A stretch of 37,499 bases of DNA from a virus, in the IMG/VR virus record IMGVR_UViG_3300045988_057146, positions 1 to 37,499 of that record, one strand, 5' to 3'. The notes under the pieces are model-generated. The model had not been told where the DNA came from, ran no database searches, and saw nothing but the letters and a program-made list of their open reading frames with translations. This document shows positions 8,962 through 18,134 of the stretch, one piece after another. Made by a program: the position numbers and the translations under genes. How positions within the stretch are numbered: position 1 is the stretch's first letter; the number at the start of each line of letters is the position of its first letter.

Positions 8962-9314
8962 TCTCCGTCTCCTATCATTTGTTGTGCTTTCTTCAAGATT
9001 GTTTCTGCTCCACCATTTCGCATAGCTTTTTCAAACCAATGGTCTGTTTTACCTCCTACGAAATGAGCATTCTCTTTATTGTAATACCAACGTCTAGCAT
9101 ATGGAGCACTTGGCCCACCTTGCTTTACTAATCCACTACCGATTTGAGTATTTCTTGTAGCCGAGTTAATCAATGCTCCTGTGTCTCTAGGCGTATAAGG
9201 GGACATAAGCCTAATGACTTCAGAATCAATCATTTGTTGAACTCGTCCACGTTCTTCAAGTCCTCTTGATTGCTTAATCTTGGGGATTGATTCAACATCA
9301 AGTTTAACTTTCAT
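8958..9314 (-). CDS. Head-tail joining protein (HK97 gp10-like)
   Basis: Start trimmed to the ATG at 9314 (MKVKLDVES...), because the longer track ORF overlaps the upstream gene. Contains the PYTPRDTGAL motif. Confidence 0.55.
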   Translation of the reverse strand: MKVKLDVESIPKIKQSRGLEERGRVQQMIDSEVIRLMSPYTPRDTGALINSATRNTQIGSGLVKQGGPSAPYARRWYYNKENAHFVGGKTDHWFEKAMRNGGAETILKKAQQMIGDGE

Positions 9315-9316
9315 TC

Positions 9317-9736
9317 CTATTGACCGACAACCTCCCAATGCTTCAACATATCGACATTCGTACAATCTGTCACACTTTGAATTGTTGTCCATTTGTATTT
9401 CTTTTTAGCTTCATTTATTGCTTTAATACTAGATAAATCTTCTTCTACTTCTCCAAAGAATACGAAATCTGTCTTATCTGTATTCAATGTGAAATGCTTT
9501 TGTTTCTCATCATTTGAAAGTTTTGCATATGCGTAAGGTTCAACATATCCCTCACGATATAGAATGGTAATATTTGTGGATGTGGCTATGCTCAGAATAT
9601 TACCGTTTGCAGTTCTAACCGTTGATTGTCTCCACATACATTTATCAAGAATAGAAGCTTGAAACCTATCTTCTCTTGTCAATGTATCGTAGTAGTGATT
9701 TACAAGTGTAATCGAATCTTCAAAGAATCCTATCAT
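9317..9736 (-). CDS. Head closure / head-tail adaptor protein
   Basis: The ATG at 9736 forms an ATGA overlap with the upstream stop. The position is syntenic. Confidence 0.5.
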   Translation of the reverse strand: MIGFFEDSITLVNHYYDTLTREDRFQASILDKCMWRQSTVRTANGNILSIATSTNITILYREGYVEPYAYAKLSNDEKQKHFTLNTDKTDFVFFGEVEEDLSSIKAINEAKKKYKWTTIQSVTDCTNVDMLKHWEVVGQ

Positions 9737-10080
9737 AATGCAATCCATCTTTCTTTCATTAAATCTGTATCACCTAACCAAAAAGCTATAATATCCTCAA
9801 GCGTGTTCCTTTTGTCCGTGTGTGAAGCGTTTATAAAGCTTTTGGAATATCCACCATTTGAAATACTTGATACGCCATCAATTGAATCTTGAAAGATTAC
9901 ATTGTTTAAAACATCGCAGATACAATCTTTTAAAGTATCTTCGTTCTGTTCGTTAATAGAATCAACATTTACATACTTCAATACCATTGCTTCCGCTTTG
10001 TAAGAATACTGATTGAATTGACTTTCATCGAATTTAGGAAAATGGGAATTGTAATATTCCCAATCTAAAATATCGTTCAT
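9733..10080 (-). CDS. Head-tail connector (gp6-like) protein
   Basis: ATG lies 7 nt after AAGGGGGA. The position after the capsid gene fits. Confidence 0.55.
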   Translation of the reverse strand: MNDILDWEYYNSHFPKFDESQFNQYSYKAEAMVLKYVNVDSINEQNEDTLKDCICDVLNNVIFQDSIDGVSSISNGGYSKSFINASHTDKRNTLEDIIAFWLGDTDLMKERWIAL

Positions 10081-10100
10081 TTTACAATCCCCCTTTTTTG

Positions 10101-10250
10101 CTATTTTTTCTTTTTATCTTGAGGTTTAGCTTCCTCTTTTTCTTCTGTGGGTTCTTCTTTTACTTCTTCATCAACTTTAGGTTCTTCAGCTTTTGGTTGT
10201 TCAACCTCTTTAGTGATAGAAGGATAACCCCATCCAATTTCCGTTGCCAT
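10101..10250 (-). CDS. Small charged ORF (49 aa) after the capsid gene
   Basis: TAATG overlap with the capsid stop. Translation MATEIGWGYPSITKEVEQPKAEEPKVDEE...KKKK. It is below the ORF-track length cutoff and the SD is weak. Confidence 0.3.
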   Translation of the reverse strand: MATEIGWGYPSITKEVEQPKAEEPKVDEEVKEEPTEEKEEAKPQDKKKK

Positions 10251-11119
10251 TACTTTGCACTAGCAGATAAGTAGATACCTGCTACCTTATTGGCGTATAC
10301 ATCAACGATTCCATACTTACGATATTTCAATACATCTGAATCCGATTCAATGTTATTGCTTGCCGGAATTACATTTGAAACAGTATGTTTATCCCATTTC
10401 ATGACGGAAGGTTTGTGAACAATCAAAAAGTTGATTACGTGTCCATCCTCTGCCTTCTTATATCCACCGTCTAACTCTGTATCTTTTCCACTCAACAATT
10501 TAATTTTCGTATAGAAGCGTGTTGAAGGTACAGGAACAACCTTTGCGAATCCTTGTAAAGCTTCACGAGATTTGTAAGTGTCCAACGCCTTAACACTATT
10601 TAATAAAGTAGGTGTTGAATATAAAATACGTTGTTCACTAGGTACTTCATCTTCATCCATTTTAGTAGTGGCTTTTAATAATGCGCTCAAGAATGTTTCT
10701 GCATCTGCGAAATCTTCGGCAACTGTTGTGATTCCTTCTGTTCCTGCAATTTTAGCGAATGTGTAAGCGTCTGCTTCCGGTGCTACCTTTGTACGCATAA
10801 GTTCCGCTCCTGCTCTACCGAACGCAATATTCATTGATTCCGCATTATCTTGAGTATCAACTGCAATCTTTGTTCCTCTATCATAGTCGAATGTAGCAGT
10901 TTTCCACTCTAATGTCACTGCGTTAGATGTATAACCACTATTTCTATCATAGTCTCCTAAACCTTTGACGGAAATTTGTGGATAGATGATTTCTTTTGCG
11001 TTTGCTCCTGCTCGTACCATTGTAGCGTCTGCGTTCAAATCACCTGTAACTGAAGCTAACTTATATACCTCATCCAAATTTGAGACATACGTTTTAGCTA
11101 ATGCAATTTGATTTGCTAT
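10250..11119 (-). CDS. Major capsid protein
   Basis: Follows the scaffold gene. The frame is open 14 codons upstream of the TTG at 11077, back to a TAA. (ATA)ANQIALAKTYVSNLDEVYK looks like the native N-terminus. ATA 11119-11117 lies 9 nt after AGGAGG. Confidence 0.8.
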   Translation of the reverse strand: MANQIALAKTYVSNLDEVYKLASVTGDLNADATMVRAGANAKEIIYPQISVKGLGDYDRNSGYTSNAVTLEWKTATFDYDRGTKIAVDTQDNAESMNIAFGRAGAELMRTKVAPEADAYTFAKIAGTEGITTVAEDFADAETFLSALLKATTKMDEDEVPSEQRILYSTPTLLNSVKALDTYKSREALQGFAKVVPVPSTRFYTKIKLLSGKDTELDGGYKKAEDGHVINFLIVHKPSVMKWDKHTVSNVIPASNNIESDSDVLKYRKYGIVDVYANKVAGIYLSASAK

Positions 11120-11133
11120 TAATTAAATCCTCC

Positions 11134-11718
11134 TTATTTCTTCTCTGTAGTTAAACCCATTGCTTGACGAAGCAATAAATCTTCGGCGTTTGGGTTCTCT
11201 CCTTGCCCACTGTTTCCAACAATATTGCCTTTAACACTAGGCTCATTTTGTTCTTCTTCAAATAAGATTGGCTTATTCTCTTTCAAAGTCTTGAAAGCTT
11301 TGTCAATATCATTTGTTTGGTCTTTTGAATTTAGTAAATCTTCATAGTTGAATTGTGATTTTGCTAAATCGAAATCTTTACATCCGTATTCTTTAGCTTT
11401 TGCGCTTAATACAGAATCAAGATTCATTTTGCTAATCTGAACTTCGTAGCTTGTCTTTTGAGATTCAATATCATTCGTCAATGTATTGATTTTATTTCTC
11501 AATTCTTGTACATCAACTCCATCATAGCTTTTCTTGAAATCATCAAACTTTGTTTGAATATCCTTTGCGTTGTTCTCTGCTAAAGATAGCTTGTCTTTCT
11601 GCCTTTCGAACTCTGCAATCGTCTTATAGTTGTCATTTACTAGCTTTGTAACTGAATCCTCTTGTTCTTTGGTTAATTCAATGTTTGATTCTTTTAAAAT
11701 TTCAATAATGTTTTTCAT
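11134..11718 (-). CDS. Scaffolding protein (DUF4355-like)
   Basis: Acidic coiled-coil protein immediately upstream of the capsid gene. AGGAGGG precedes the ATG. Confidence 0.7.
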   Translation of the reverse strand: MKNIIEILKESNIELTKEQEDSVTKLVNDNYKTIAEFERQKDKLSLAENNAKDIQTKFDDFKKSYDGVDVQELRNKINTLTNDIESQKTSYEVQISKMNLDSVLSAKAKEYGCKDFDLAKSQFNYEDLLNSKDQTNDIDKAFKTLKENKPILFEEEQNEPSVKGNIVGNSGQGENPNAEDLLLRQAMGLTTEKK

Positions 11719-11795
11719 GTGCCCTCCTAAAGTCTTTTATAAACCGAATCTTCTCCGGTATGGTTTTGGCTAACTATATTTTAGCTTGAATAATA

Positions 11796-11810
11796 GCTCA
11801 CAATGTGAGC
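11796..11810. repeat. Palindromic hairpin GCTCACAATGTGAGC (copy 1 of 2)
   Basis: Sits right after the stop of the minor head protein gene. The same palindrome recurs at 22829-22843. Confidence 0.6.
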
Positions 11811-11813
11811 GTT

Positions 11814-12998
11814 TTATCCGATTCTAAGCCTATCGTTGTGAATTCTGTCTCCCATTTCAGAACTGAAAGCTTTATACGTTGCATTTGCGTGCTTTAGCTT
11901 GATTTTGGCTTCTGTACTGCCTAATCCTTGATTGTCCAATAAGATTACTTCCCTTTTCAATGCTCTGATATTTCTTTCTAATTCTCTTTGGTATTGTCTA
12001 GCTTCATATCCTTCATATTCTTTTCCTTGGAATGCGAAAGGTTTTGTATCAATATTCTTTAACTGCTCTTTTGTGTAGGCATAAGGCATATCTACATCCC
12101 AAACCGGTTGTGCAAAGTGCCTACATCCATAGTCTTTTTCTTCTCCATGCGTTAATTCATACAAGCTAGGATATAGTTTCCCTTGCGTGTCGTAGCGTTT
12201 ACCTTGCCATTTTTTATGACTTGGACGTGCATTTGCGTGAGCGTCAAATTCAAATACAGTAACTCCCATATCCTTTGCGCATTTATTGTTAATTTCTTGT
12301 GATGATTCTTTTTCTGCATACTGCATTTGTTGTCTCACCCATACATCCACATTTCTTTTAACTCCTGTATCATATTCAACGATTTTTAAGCCACTATTCG
12401 CTAATTTCGAGATAGCTTTTCTACAAGAATCATCAATTGTACATTTTCCACCTACTACATTCTTAACTTCTTCTTGAACTATCTTTGTAAAGAATACAGG
12501 TAGTTTATCTTTACCGATTGCATACGTGTTAGCACTTGTCTTGATGTATTTCTTCCAACGCTTTGCAGTGCTCTTTTGTGGATTCACATACGCAATATGT
12601 TTTGCAAGGCTTCCATCCATCTTTTTTCTAGTTGCTTCTTGGATTAATTCTAATGTTCCATTCTTATTTTCTTCAAAATCATTTTTTGATTCATTGATTA
12701 CATCTTTTTTTAGGCTTTTTGATTCTTTTTTCGTAAATTTACGCAAATCTACGAGTGATTTTGCTAATATCTCATTAAATTTTGCATTTTCTTCGGTGCT
12801 TTTTTCTAATACTTCACGAATTTTATTAGATACGAATATCATCATTCCTAATTCAAATACACTAGCACGCTTTACACTTCTTCTTTCTCTTTCCTCAAGT
12901 TTTCTTCTTTTCTCAATCTGCTTTTGCAAGCGTTCTTGCTTCCTTTTTTCTTGCCGTTCTTTGCGTTCTTGTTCCCTTTGTTCTTCTTCGCTTAACAT
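11814..12998 (-). CDS. Minor head / head morphogenesis protein (SPP1 gp7 / Mu F-like)
   Basis: ATG lies 7 nt after AGGAGGG. The protein has a K/E-rich N-terminus followed by a conserved C-terminal half. Confidence 0.7.
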   Translation of the reverse strand: MLSEEEQREQERKERQEKRKQERLQKQIEKRRKLEERERRSVKRASVFELGMMIFVSNKIREVLEKSTEENAKFNEILAKSLVDLRKFTKKESKSLKKDVINESKNDFEENKNGTLELIQEATRKKMDGSLAKHIAYVNPQKSTAKRWKKYIKTSANTYAIGKDKLPVFFTKIVQEEVKNVVGGKCTIDDSCRKAISKLANSGLKIVEYDTGVKRNVDVWVRQQMQYAEKESSQEINNKCAKDMGVTVFEFDAHANARPSHKKWQGKRYDTQGKLYPSLYELTHGEEKDYGCRHFAQPVWDVDMPYAYTKEQLKNIDTKPFAFQGKEYEGYEARQYQRELERNIRALKREVILLDNQGLGSTEAKIKLKHANATYKAFSSEMGDRIHNDRLRIG

Positions 12999-13012
12999 TT
13001 ATATACCCTCCT

Positions 13013-13038
13013 ACAGAAAAAGGGCATAAATGCCCTTT
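13013..13038 (-). terminator. Rho-independent terminator at the end of the fibre cassette
   Basis: AAAGGGCA/TGCCCTTT stem with a TAAA loop, followed by TTTTTCT on the minus strand. Confidence 0.55.
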
Positions 13039-13054
13039 AAAACGTTTCTAAAGC

Positions 13055-13174
13055 CTATTTAATTAATTCTTTTCTTTGCTTTTCTGTAATCCATCCGATA
13101 GAAGCGAATATTTCTAAATCGCTTTTTGTAAATAATCCTAACTCATAATATGATTTGATTAATTCATAATTCAT
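13055..13174 (-). CDS. XkdX-like small phage protein (39 aa)
   Basis: MNYELIKSYYELGLFTKSDLEIFASIGWITEKQRKELIK matches the XkdX pattern (from memory). It is below the ORF-track cutoff. Confidence 0.5.
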   Translation of the reverse strand: MNYELIKSYYELGLFTKSDLEIFASIGWITEKQRKELIK

Positions 13175-13175
13175 A

Positions 13176-13517
13176 CTACTTCACCCCATTCATTTGTGCT
13201 TTTAATTGAGCAATTTGTAACATCAATTGTGAATTGATTCTATCTTGCTCAGTTGGTACTGCTTTTGGTTTTGTGATTTCCGGTTTCTCATCCTCTGAAA
13301 TTTCTACAAGCTTTCCTTCCGTGAATTTATAATTGTATCTTCCATGTCTATCAATTAATCCTTTATCTAAATACTGAGATTGAGCGTGTGAGTATTTATC
13401 ACCTTCACCCTCATCAATCAAAGTCATATTCGCTTTTTCTTCTTGAGATAAGAAAAGCTCTGAGTTAATAGATGTAATATCATTATCCGAATTTAATTCA
13501 ATATATACCTTATACAT
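13176..13517 (-). CDS. Fibre-associated protein (XkdW-position)
   Basis: ATG after AAGGGGTGA. It lies between the fibre gene and the XkdX-like gene. Confidence 0.45.
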   Translation of the reverse strand: MYKVYIELNSDNDITSINSELFLSQEEKANMTLIDEGEGDKYSHAQSQYLDKGLIDRHGRYNYKFTEGKLVEISEDEKPEITKPKAVPTEQDRINSQLMLQIAQLKAQMNGVK

Positions 13518-13528
13518 AATTTCACCCC

Positions 13529-14455
13529 TTAATAGATTTCTGCATCGAGTTTAACGACTGTAAAATCACTATTACTTGCTATGATTCGTCCAAATTGTAC
13601 GGGTTGTGAGCCAAACGAACCCCTAAAGGATATTACATCATCATATCCTTGACTTTGTACTATCTTATCAAGAGTTATATTTACCGCCTTTGCATTGTTT
13701 ACATTTGATTCTGTAAAGTTCCAAAACTTTATGGATGATTTGTTCAGACTTAATGTTGGTTTTGTTCTCATTTCAATATGGGGAACATAAATATAAGCGT
13801 CATTCATTCCCGCAACTATCAAGCTAGAATCCTTTAATTCTATTTTCGTATAATAATACTCACATTTTTTTAATTCTTCTGCGTAGATTGGTGCGACATA
13901 AGTTGTTGCTTTGCTTCCTTTCTCTAATTTAATCCATTCAATCGTGATTGATGCGCCTTGCTTCAATTCGATACTTGCTTCTTTTAATGAAGATAAAGTT
14001 ACGGCATTTAAACCTTTTACAATCTTTTTTCCATTTGTTTGATTGTATAAATATGCGTTTCCTGTCACTGCCGTAATATTGCACGATAATGTACACGTGT
14101 CATTGATTGCGTGTTCTAAGATTTGTTTAAACCACGAGCTAGTATCGGTAGTGGCTAATGAGGTGATGGTGACCGTACCATCAATATTGTATACTACCTT
14201 AGCATTAATGCTCATCCATCTATCTAATGTATACGTTGGCTTCGTAGTATTGTTCGTATACGTTCCATATCCTCTTTGGTCCACTCTGAAATTAGAGTTA
14301 AGCAATAAATTTGGATTACTGAATCTTTCTGCAATGTAATCCGTTAGTTGCGACAATGTACCTTTTTTCAAGCCTGCTCCGTTATGAACAGGCAATAGAC
14401 TAGTGTCGGTAAAGCTAGGCAATGCGTCTAGCTCTGTTACTTGTTTTCCTGCCAT
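13529..14455 (-). CDS. Tail fibre / receptor-binding protein
   Basis: N-terminal LP...LLPV...KKGTLSQLTDYI and NLLLNSNFRVDQRG...YTLDRW motifs are typical of Firmicute phage fibres. AAGGAGGA lies 7 nt before the ATG. Confidence 0.6.
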   Translation of the reverse strand: MAGKQVTELDALPSFTDTSLLPVHNGAGLKKGTLSQLTDYIAERFSNPNLLLNSNFRVDQRGYGTYTNNTTKPTYTLDRWMSINAKVVYNIDGTVTITSLATTDTSSWFKQILEHAINDTCTLSCNITAVTGNAYLYNQTNGKKIVKGLNAVTLSSLKEASIELKQGASITIEWIKLEKGSKATTYVAPIYAEELKKCEYYYTKIELKDSSLIVAGMNDAYIYVPHIEMRTKPTLSLNKSSIKFWNFTESNVNNAKAVNITLDKIVQSQGYDDVISFRGSFGSQPVQFGRIIASNSDFTVVKLDAEIY

Positions 14456-14458
14456 TTT

Positions 14459-14704
14459 CTATTCCTCCTTGACTTTATATGTCCAATCCGTTCCGACTTC
14501 TCCACTTGCGACTTCGTAAGACCAATCGGCTAGGATTGTATTTCCTTTTTCATCCACTAATTCTTGAGCACTCGTTGCATTCAAGTTTGTGGTAAAGTGG
14601 TTATTCATAACCATTTGATTCAATGCATTATGTGATGTGGTTACAGACTTTATTTTACCGACAAGCCACTGAATAGAAGCTTTGTCTTTAAATACGAAAG
14701 CCAT
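14459..14704 (-). CDS. Small protein duplicating the C-terminal module of the 15922-16731 protein
   Basis: NNHFTT...LVDEKGNTILADWSYEVASGEVGTDWTYKVK parallels the C-terminus of the 269-aa protein. Confidence 0.5.
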   Translation of the reverse strand: MAFVFKDKASIQWLVGKIKSVTTSHNALNQMVMNNHFTTNLNATSAQELVDEKGNTILADWSYEVASGEVGTDWTYKVKEE

Positions 14705-14707
14705 CTA

Positions 14708-15316
14708 CTAACCCCACATTGTGTCTAACTCGTTTGTTGTAATCGCAGTTAATTCTGATTTCTTAACATATGCCGTTAAATCAATGTCTGTATTACCAAT
14801 CTTTTCAAATGTTTTGGATTCTGAAATCCAAATATATTCATCATAAATATCTTGCGTTCCATGTGAATGCGCAATCAAATAAATCACACCATTAGAGCCT
14901 GTAGCAGGTAAGCTCGTTACCTTTTCATATCTAATAGACGTGATGCTTCCTACTGCCGAATTGATTAACGATTGAACTTCGGCTTTCGTCTGATAGCCTT
15001 TTCCTGCAATCAGTGTATTTACTTGCGATTCGTTCCGAAATCCACTATCATTTGTTAATTGCGATACCTTTGTTGGAACTGAAATGGCAACGGCTTTTGA
15101 ACTTGGTTCAATTTTTGTTCCGTTAACACTCACTGACTCAATCACGTTTACTTGAGCACCACTTGCAATACCACTTAATTTGCTTTTTTCTGCGCTTGTG
15201 TAGTCATTTGTCGATAAGCCTTTACCACTTACCACATCAACTTTTCCACTTAATGCAGTTTTAATTTTACTGATTAATAGAGTCAATCCACTCTTATCTA
15301 AATATTCAATAGCCAT
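14708..15316 (-). CDS. Fibre-like structural protein
   Basis: Start trimmed to the ATG at 15316, 8 nt after AAGGAGG. Contains the motif GKGLSTNDYTSAEKSKLSGI. Confidence 0.6.
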   Translation of the reverse strand: MAIEYLDKSGLTLLISKIKTALSGKVDVVSGKGLSTNDYTSAEKSKLSGIASGAQVNVIESVSVNGTKIEPSSKAVAISVPTKVSQLTNDSGFRNESQVNTLIAGKGYQTKAEVQSLINSAVGSITSIRYEKVTSLPATGSNGVIYLIAHSHGTQDIYDEYIWISESKTFEKIGNTDIDLTAYVKKSELTAITTNELDTMWG

Positions 15317-15329
15317 TCTTTTGTCCTCC

Positions 15330-15629
15330 TTATAAACTATTCCATATTTCATCTAATTCATTTATTGATACCGAAGTTACAGAACCTTCTGCCATAGCTC
15401 CAATATCTTCCGGTGTATATACGGGCCTTGTTTCTGCTTTCGCCCACGTTGGAACTGTTGGGTCTATTTCTTCAACTTCTCCAATGATTTCATTACCATT
15501 TAATTTAGGCTTGTTCTTTAGTTTGTTGTAATCGTTTGTACCTTCAATAAACTTTCCATCATTAATTTTAATTTGAAGCTTATCTGATTCATCTTGTATA
15601 TTCATTTGAATATCATTCATAAGAATCAT
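15330..15629 (-). CDS. Fibre-module protein (NKPxLNG motif)
   Basis: DYNKLKNKPKLNGNEIIG is a motif common in phage fibres. The start overlaps the upstream stop (ATGA). Confidence 0.5.
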   Translation of the reverse strand: MILMNDIQMNIQDESDKLQIKINDGKFIEGTNDYNKLKNKPKLNGNEIIGEVEEIDPTVPTWAKAETRPVYTPEDIGAMAEGSVTSVSINELDEIWNSL

Positions 15630-15925
15630 GTAATCACTTCCTTATTCAATACTCTATATACTTTTGTTGTTTTGATAGGAGAAGCAATAGCAACTCCTCC
15701 TTTTGTAATCATTCTTAATTGAATGTTACAAGTACCTTCTTTAAAGGTGAGCGTTTCTTCTTGGCTTAATAACACTGAAATAACATTTCCTTCAATATCT
15801 AAATCACTTGATTCTTTTTTCAAGATATATCCGTTCTGTTCAAATACAACATAGATATTCTGCATTTCATTTAAATTAATATCGTTTATTGTGATTTGAA
15901 TTGTTGGTGTTGTTCCTTGTCTCAT
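15626..15925 (-). CDS. Small beta-rich (Ig-like?) structural protein
   Basis: ATGA overlap with the upstream gene. 99 aa. The Ig-like call is tentative. Confidence 0.45.
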   Translation of the reverse strand: MRQGTTPTIQITINDINLNEMQNIYVVFEQNGYILKKESSDLDIEGNVISVLLSQEETLTFKEGTCNIQLRMITKGGVAIASPIKTTKVYRVLNKEVIT

Positions 15926-16731
15926 GATTTCACCTTATAAGTCCAATCTGTACCGACTTCACCTTCATCAACTTCATACGCCCAATCGGCTAGAATCTCT
16001 TGTCCGTTCTCGTCTACAAGCGTTCCGTCATCTGATAAAAGAATCGTAGTGAAATGGTTGTTCATAAGCATTTGCTCAACATTTGCGATTCGATTCATCA
16101 ACTTACCTGCCGTATTTGAATCCAATGTATCTTTTACACTCGCAAACCATTCATTGAATTCATTCTCGTTTGCTTTCATTTCAGATTGATTCTGTTCTTT
16201 TACTTCTTTGAATAATTCGGTCATTTGTGTGAATAAGTCTAATGTTTCAACACTCTTGATAGCATTTGTAACTGCCCCACAACGTGTAGAATCTAGCCTT
16301 GTATCAGTAATATTTGAGCCTTTGATTTCACTTGCATTTCCTTCTACTGTAACCGTAGCCAATACTAAATCATAAATAGAATCACTTCTCGTAATTCCAT
16401 TGTTGATGTCGCTTGATAATAAGACAATGTTTCTGTAAGCATCATTATCATTCAATCTAAGAATGATGTTGTAGCTTTTAGTAGCAGTATTCTTTTCTAG
16501 TGTGATGGCTTCGTCATCTTTCTGCCAATAGAATGCTCCATTGATATTTGCTCTTCCTGCTTTAACTGTTAATGTTAAACCTTGAGCCTTCTCAACTCTT
16601 AAATGGTCAGAACTAGAATCATCTATGAATACACCATTTGTAAAATAACTTGAGAACAACCTTCTAAAAGCGTCATATAGTACTAATCTATCACCATTTC
16701 TTGAGACGAACGGAAAATATGTAGTTGCTAT
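15922..16731 (-). CDS. Phage structural (fibre-module) protein, 269 aa
   Basis: The frame is open 24 codons upstream of the TTG at 16659. (ATA)ATTYFPFVSRNGDRLVLYDAFRRLFSSYFTNGVF looks like the native N-terminus. ATA 16731-16729 overlaps the portal TAG stop and has GAGGAGGA upstream. Confidence 0.6.
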   Translation of the reverse strand: MATTYFPFVSRNGDRLVLYDAFRRLFSSYFTNGVFIDDSSSDHLRVEKAQGLTLTVKAGRANINGAFYWQKDDEAITLEKNTATKSYNIILRLNDNDAYRNIVLLSSDINNGITRSDSIYDLVLATVTVEGNASEIKGSNITDTRLDSTRCGAVTNAIKSVETLDLFTQMTELFKEVKEQNQSEMKANENEFNEWFASVKDTLDSNTAGKLMNRIANVEQMLMNNHFTTILLSDDGTLVDENGQEILADWAYEVDEGEVGTDWTYKVKS

Positions 16732-18131
16732 TCTTCTTCATCCTCCTCTCCATCATCTTGAATTTCTTCATTTAATAACTCAGTTGCTTCTTCTTCAGTA
16801 AAGCCATATTGCTTCATGAAATACATAATCTTTAATCTTGGAATATCAAATGTTAGTGCGTCATTTCTTAACGCTTGTGCCGTGCTTTGTTTATCCTCGA
16901 TATATGTATCGTCATAATCAATCGCAATGTCTAATGAATTGATATTAAGCTTTCTACCTTGTGTTAATTCATAGAAGTATGCTATTGCTTGAATAATATC
17001 TTGAATATATGCAGTAGATTCTTTACGTTGTGAATTTACTTCCTTCATTGCGTCTTGATTCTCACCGATATATTCTGTTGCCGTTACAATTCTTCCGCTT
17101 TCAAATGTGTATTTCTTTGTGCCGAATCCAAACATCATTGATAAGATACTTAATGCAGTTTCTAGCGATTGAACAACTTCCGCCGTCCTTACCGTTGGAT
17201 TATATTCCTGCCATAAGGCTTTTTCTTCCGGTAATTTGTCTCTACCTAACTGAACAAATATCTTTTTCATTTGTGGATTCATCTTAATCTTTCCATTCTC
17301 GTCTTTTTGCATTAATGCTTCATTTACAAGAACGATTTTATCCGATTTCAATAAATCTCGATTCCACATTGTCATTGTTAAATCAATCGTTTTTAGTGGA
17401 GCAATTGCACTCCAAATCTTTGGTAAGCCGTACCCTTGCATTTGTAAGTTGTTGACCTTTGCATTTCTCATAATTGCAAAAGGCTTAACCACATCTAATT
17501 GAACAATCTGTGCACGGTCTTTTATTTCTTCGCCTGTATCTTTAAAGTAATGTGTTTCTGCAATATATCTTTCGTCTTGTCCTTTTAAGAACATAACCAT
17601 CACATATACTTTTTTCAGTTTCTCGTAATTTACTCCAACGAATGCTACTTCCACAATTTCATCATTGATAACAGTTAATGGAAGGATATTCATTGAATCA
17701 CAATAGTTGATTCTAATTTCTCCTCCACTGAATGTACCATCTTCATAAATCTCGGCATTAGATACTGTCACATAAGCTCCTACAGTACCATTTGCAGACA
17801 TTTGCTCAACTTGTTTCCTATACATTACATCAAACCTATTCTTCGTTAGAATGTCTGAAATAATGTCATTTGTAGTACTGTCCTCTGTTGCGTTTATATC
17901 TAGGATTTCAATTAGGTTTGCGTCATCCTCGCATAAACGTTTCGCAAAGTCTGTTTTATCCAATGTGTATTCCTCATTGTTCAAGGTGTATGCCGTATGA
18001 AATTCTGTTTCGGTATTTGTGTACCATTTGTTGCACAATTCAATAATTTCAATTGCGTTTGTATCTACATAATACCCTCTATCGTTTAGGTAATTCTGAA
18101 ACCACGGTCTACGTGTGTTAGATGTTTCTAT
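16728..18131 (-). CDS. Portal protein (SPP1 gp6-like)
   Basis: Immediately follows terL. The frame is open 31 codons upstream of the TTG at 18038. ATA 18131-18129 lies 6 nt after GGAGG, and the terL stop falls in between. Confidence 0.85.
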   Translation of the reverse strand: METSNTRRPWFQNYLNDRGYYVDTNAIEIIELCNKWYTNTETEFHTAYTLNNEEYTLDKTDFAKRLCEDDANLIEILDINATEDSTTNDIISDILTKNRFDVMYRKQVEQMSANGTVGAYVTVSNAEIYEDGTFSGGEIRINYCDSMNILPLTVINDEIVEVAFVGVNYEKLKKVYVMVMFLKGQDERYIAETHYFKDTGEEIKDRAQIVQLDVVKPFAIMRNAKVNNLQMQGYGLPKIWSAIAPLKTIDLTMTMWNRDLLKSDKIVLVNEALMQKDENGKIKMNPQMKKIFVQLGRDKLPEEKALWQEYNPTVRTAEVVQSLETALSILSMMFGFGTKKYTFESGRIVTATEYIGENQDAMKEVNSQRKESTAYIQDIIQAIAYFYELTQGRKLNINSLDIAIDYDDTYIEDKQSTAQALRNDALTFDIPRLKIMYFMKQYGFTEEEATELLNEEIQDDGEEDEEE

Positions 18132-18134
18132 TTC

